Shown in pieces: positions 62,051 to 64,000 of a stretch of DNA of 64,000 nucleotides (within the stretch, counting starts at the first letter, position 1; each line of letters begins with the position of its first letter). A program made the translations under genes and the position numbers. The notes under the pieces are model-generated. The model had not been told where the DNA came from. It ran no database searches and saw only the letters and a program-made list of their open reading frames with translations. The stretch covers positions 1,897,455 to 1,961,454 of the forward strand of contig JBNZDD010013683.1 of the NCBI GenBank assembly GCA_050575255.1, in the 5' to 3' direction. This stretch comes from Harriotta raleighana. Taxonomy: Eukaryota.

Positions 62051-64000
62051 CTTGATGTTAGAGTGCAAAGCAAATGCTTCAGGACAACTTGCAGCAACCT
62101 TTATAAATGAGTCGATAATTTATTGGAATCCAACAATCTAATTGGCTGGTTGAGGGGCACTCATTTCTGCTGGTGTACAGCGCTATGTTCTGAGAACATA
62201 TTTGTAGTGCTGGTAGCCAGCTTGTACCAGGGACCTATTTATTATTCAAACATTCGGTTTAATTAGTTTCTGTGTCTCCTCCTCATCCAGCCTACAACTG
62301 TGTGCAGCTGAGCCTCAAGCCATGTTAATACTAGGGATTATGTATTGTTGAATTATTTAATAAGCAAAGTAAAGTAAAAGTGCAGAAAATAGTAAGGGGT
62401 GGGGGAGTGCGGAGGGGAGGAGACAAGTACTGGTCTGATTTCATAGTTCAGTCATGACAGTCTCAAACAATGATATATACTGTACACAACCGTTCAAAGT
62501 ACCTGCAATTTAATTTCAGAAGCTTATATGAAAAGACTTCTCTCAGTGGAGTCATCTGTCTGCTGTAGTTGGATTGAAGGTAGCCTTTGGCCGATATGAT
62601 ATACCCTCCTCTGTGCCCTACTTGCTAAAGATTTCAATTCTGCAACTTCTATTGAAGGGAATTGATCAGATTAGAATCGGCCTTTGTGCAGCCAAATTGT
62701 GCACTCGACTCACTTTGAACTACCGTCTCTCATTGTCCCATCTCCCCCTGGATTGTGTCCGTGTTTCTTCATTGTTTGTGAGCTTTGTCTCTCATTTTGT
62801 GTTGACAAGGATAGGTAGTTCTTTTGACCCCGTACTCAGGAGAGGAACAGGGCTAGGGAAGAAATCGGGGAGGACAAACCCCTTTTTATTTATCCCCGGC
62901 TGGAGTGTAGGACTTTCTTCCAAATTCACGAGAGTTACAATGAATCCTGGGGAGAGGAAATTAATGTGCGTATGTTAATATATATAACATATGTGTTGGC
63001 AGGCTGACTCAACTGTGTAAGCAGTTGTGTTCGCTAAGTGGGCTTGTTCGGGTGGGTTCTGTTGATTGGGAACAACAGTGACTGAAGCAACAACCTGAAT
63101 AGTTAGTTCCCCATTGCGACTGCCATCATTTTCTGGCTTCAGATAATCCAACGCAGCTGGCTAATCAATAATGGGAAGAAACCTATCTGTGGGTAGTCCT
63201 TTGTCCATTTCCCCCAAGTTAATTAGCCTCAGAAGTGGCTGAAGGATCTCCTGAAAATTGTTACTTCTGCGTAGTGAGTTTTTTTTCTGAAGCAACGGGT
63301 TGCAAGGAAAGAATGAGTTAGGTGGGTATTCACACTGCACACAAGCCAGTAGTTTTCAGAGCATGACACGTTCAATCAAACCAGACATGATCGGACATGA
63401 ATTTTTTAACTGAGTTTGTGGTGCTTTTCTGTTGAATTTAATTTGATCTGAGCATCTCATTCCTGTCTTCATTCCAATCATTTTTATTTCCATTGTTGAA
63501 TTTTTCTTTGTACGTTATGTCCCAGGGTGACACCAGTCCTTTCAGTCAGTGGGCATGATATTGTTTCTCTTCCCCTGTTAATTGTAGCTTTGTATCTGTG
63601 CCTCACAGAACAAAAGATGCCAAAAGCCTTTGCTTCCTGAAAAGGAATCTTATTACAGGAGTTTCTGATGGCAGAGATACGTTGGGAAAGTAATTACATG
63701 TGTTAAATGTTTGTCATCATCTTGTTTATTGAATGTGTGACAGATTTCTAAATGGTCAAAGCTTAATTTACACCAAGATTATTAATTAAAATGTTATCAG
63801 ATGCAGAGGATTGACATAACAAAGCAGGTACCATTTCCAATCCAGTTTAACATGTCTGCACATGTTTAGATATATTTGTCACTTCAAAGGAGCTATTTTA
63901 CAGTCGAGTTCTTTGTACCAAAATATGCAGCATTTTGAAAGCACATTACACTATTTTATTCCAAAAATTAGCTGATAATCCTCATTGACCCTTTGATGAG

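Noticed and set aside
1-64000. CRISPR arrays, operons, rRNA and familiar miRNAs
   Set aside because: The repeats are dispersed eukaryotic SINEs/LINEs rather than spacer arrays, and I saw no rRNA or conserved miRNA sequence that I recognise.

Overview
Vertebrate non-coding DNA (AT-rich, CpG-depleted), most likely from a cartilaginous fish and probably a holocephalan (chimaera/elephant shark). This assignment is inferred from recalled repeat families, not from a database search. I could not identify any host-gene exon; the short ORFs in the track look like noise or transposon debris, so the window reads as a large intron or gene desert. About 24 copies or fragments of one young tRNA-derived SINE are present, falling into at least three subfamilies. 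They co-occur with 3' ends of an L2 LINE that carries a homologous, covarying tail hairpin. Older layers include Deu-domain SINEs (SacSINE1/AmnSINE1-like), a second ancient SINE family, an LF-SINE-like head, CR1 LINE fragments (one still open across 380 nt), an RT relic of another LINE, a Penelope-type terminal fragment with a hammerhead ribozyme core, and a possible solo LTR. Repeat-free blocks between them look like conserved enhancers, with ZNF143/RBPJ, TCF, RFX, E-box and FOX motifs. The best leads are the hammerhead motif, two independent L2 insertions at almost the same site of the SINE tail, the stepwise SINE deletion series, and a ~40-bp inverted duplication around a CR1 tail. Two duplications flanking single N bases are probably assembly artefacts. 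I found no convincing novel protein-coding system.
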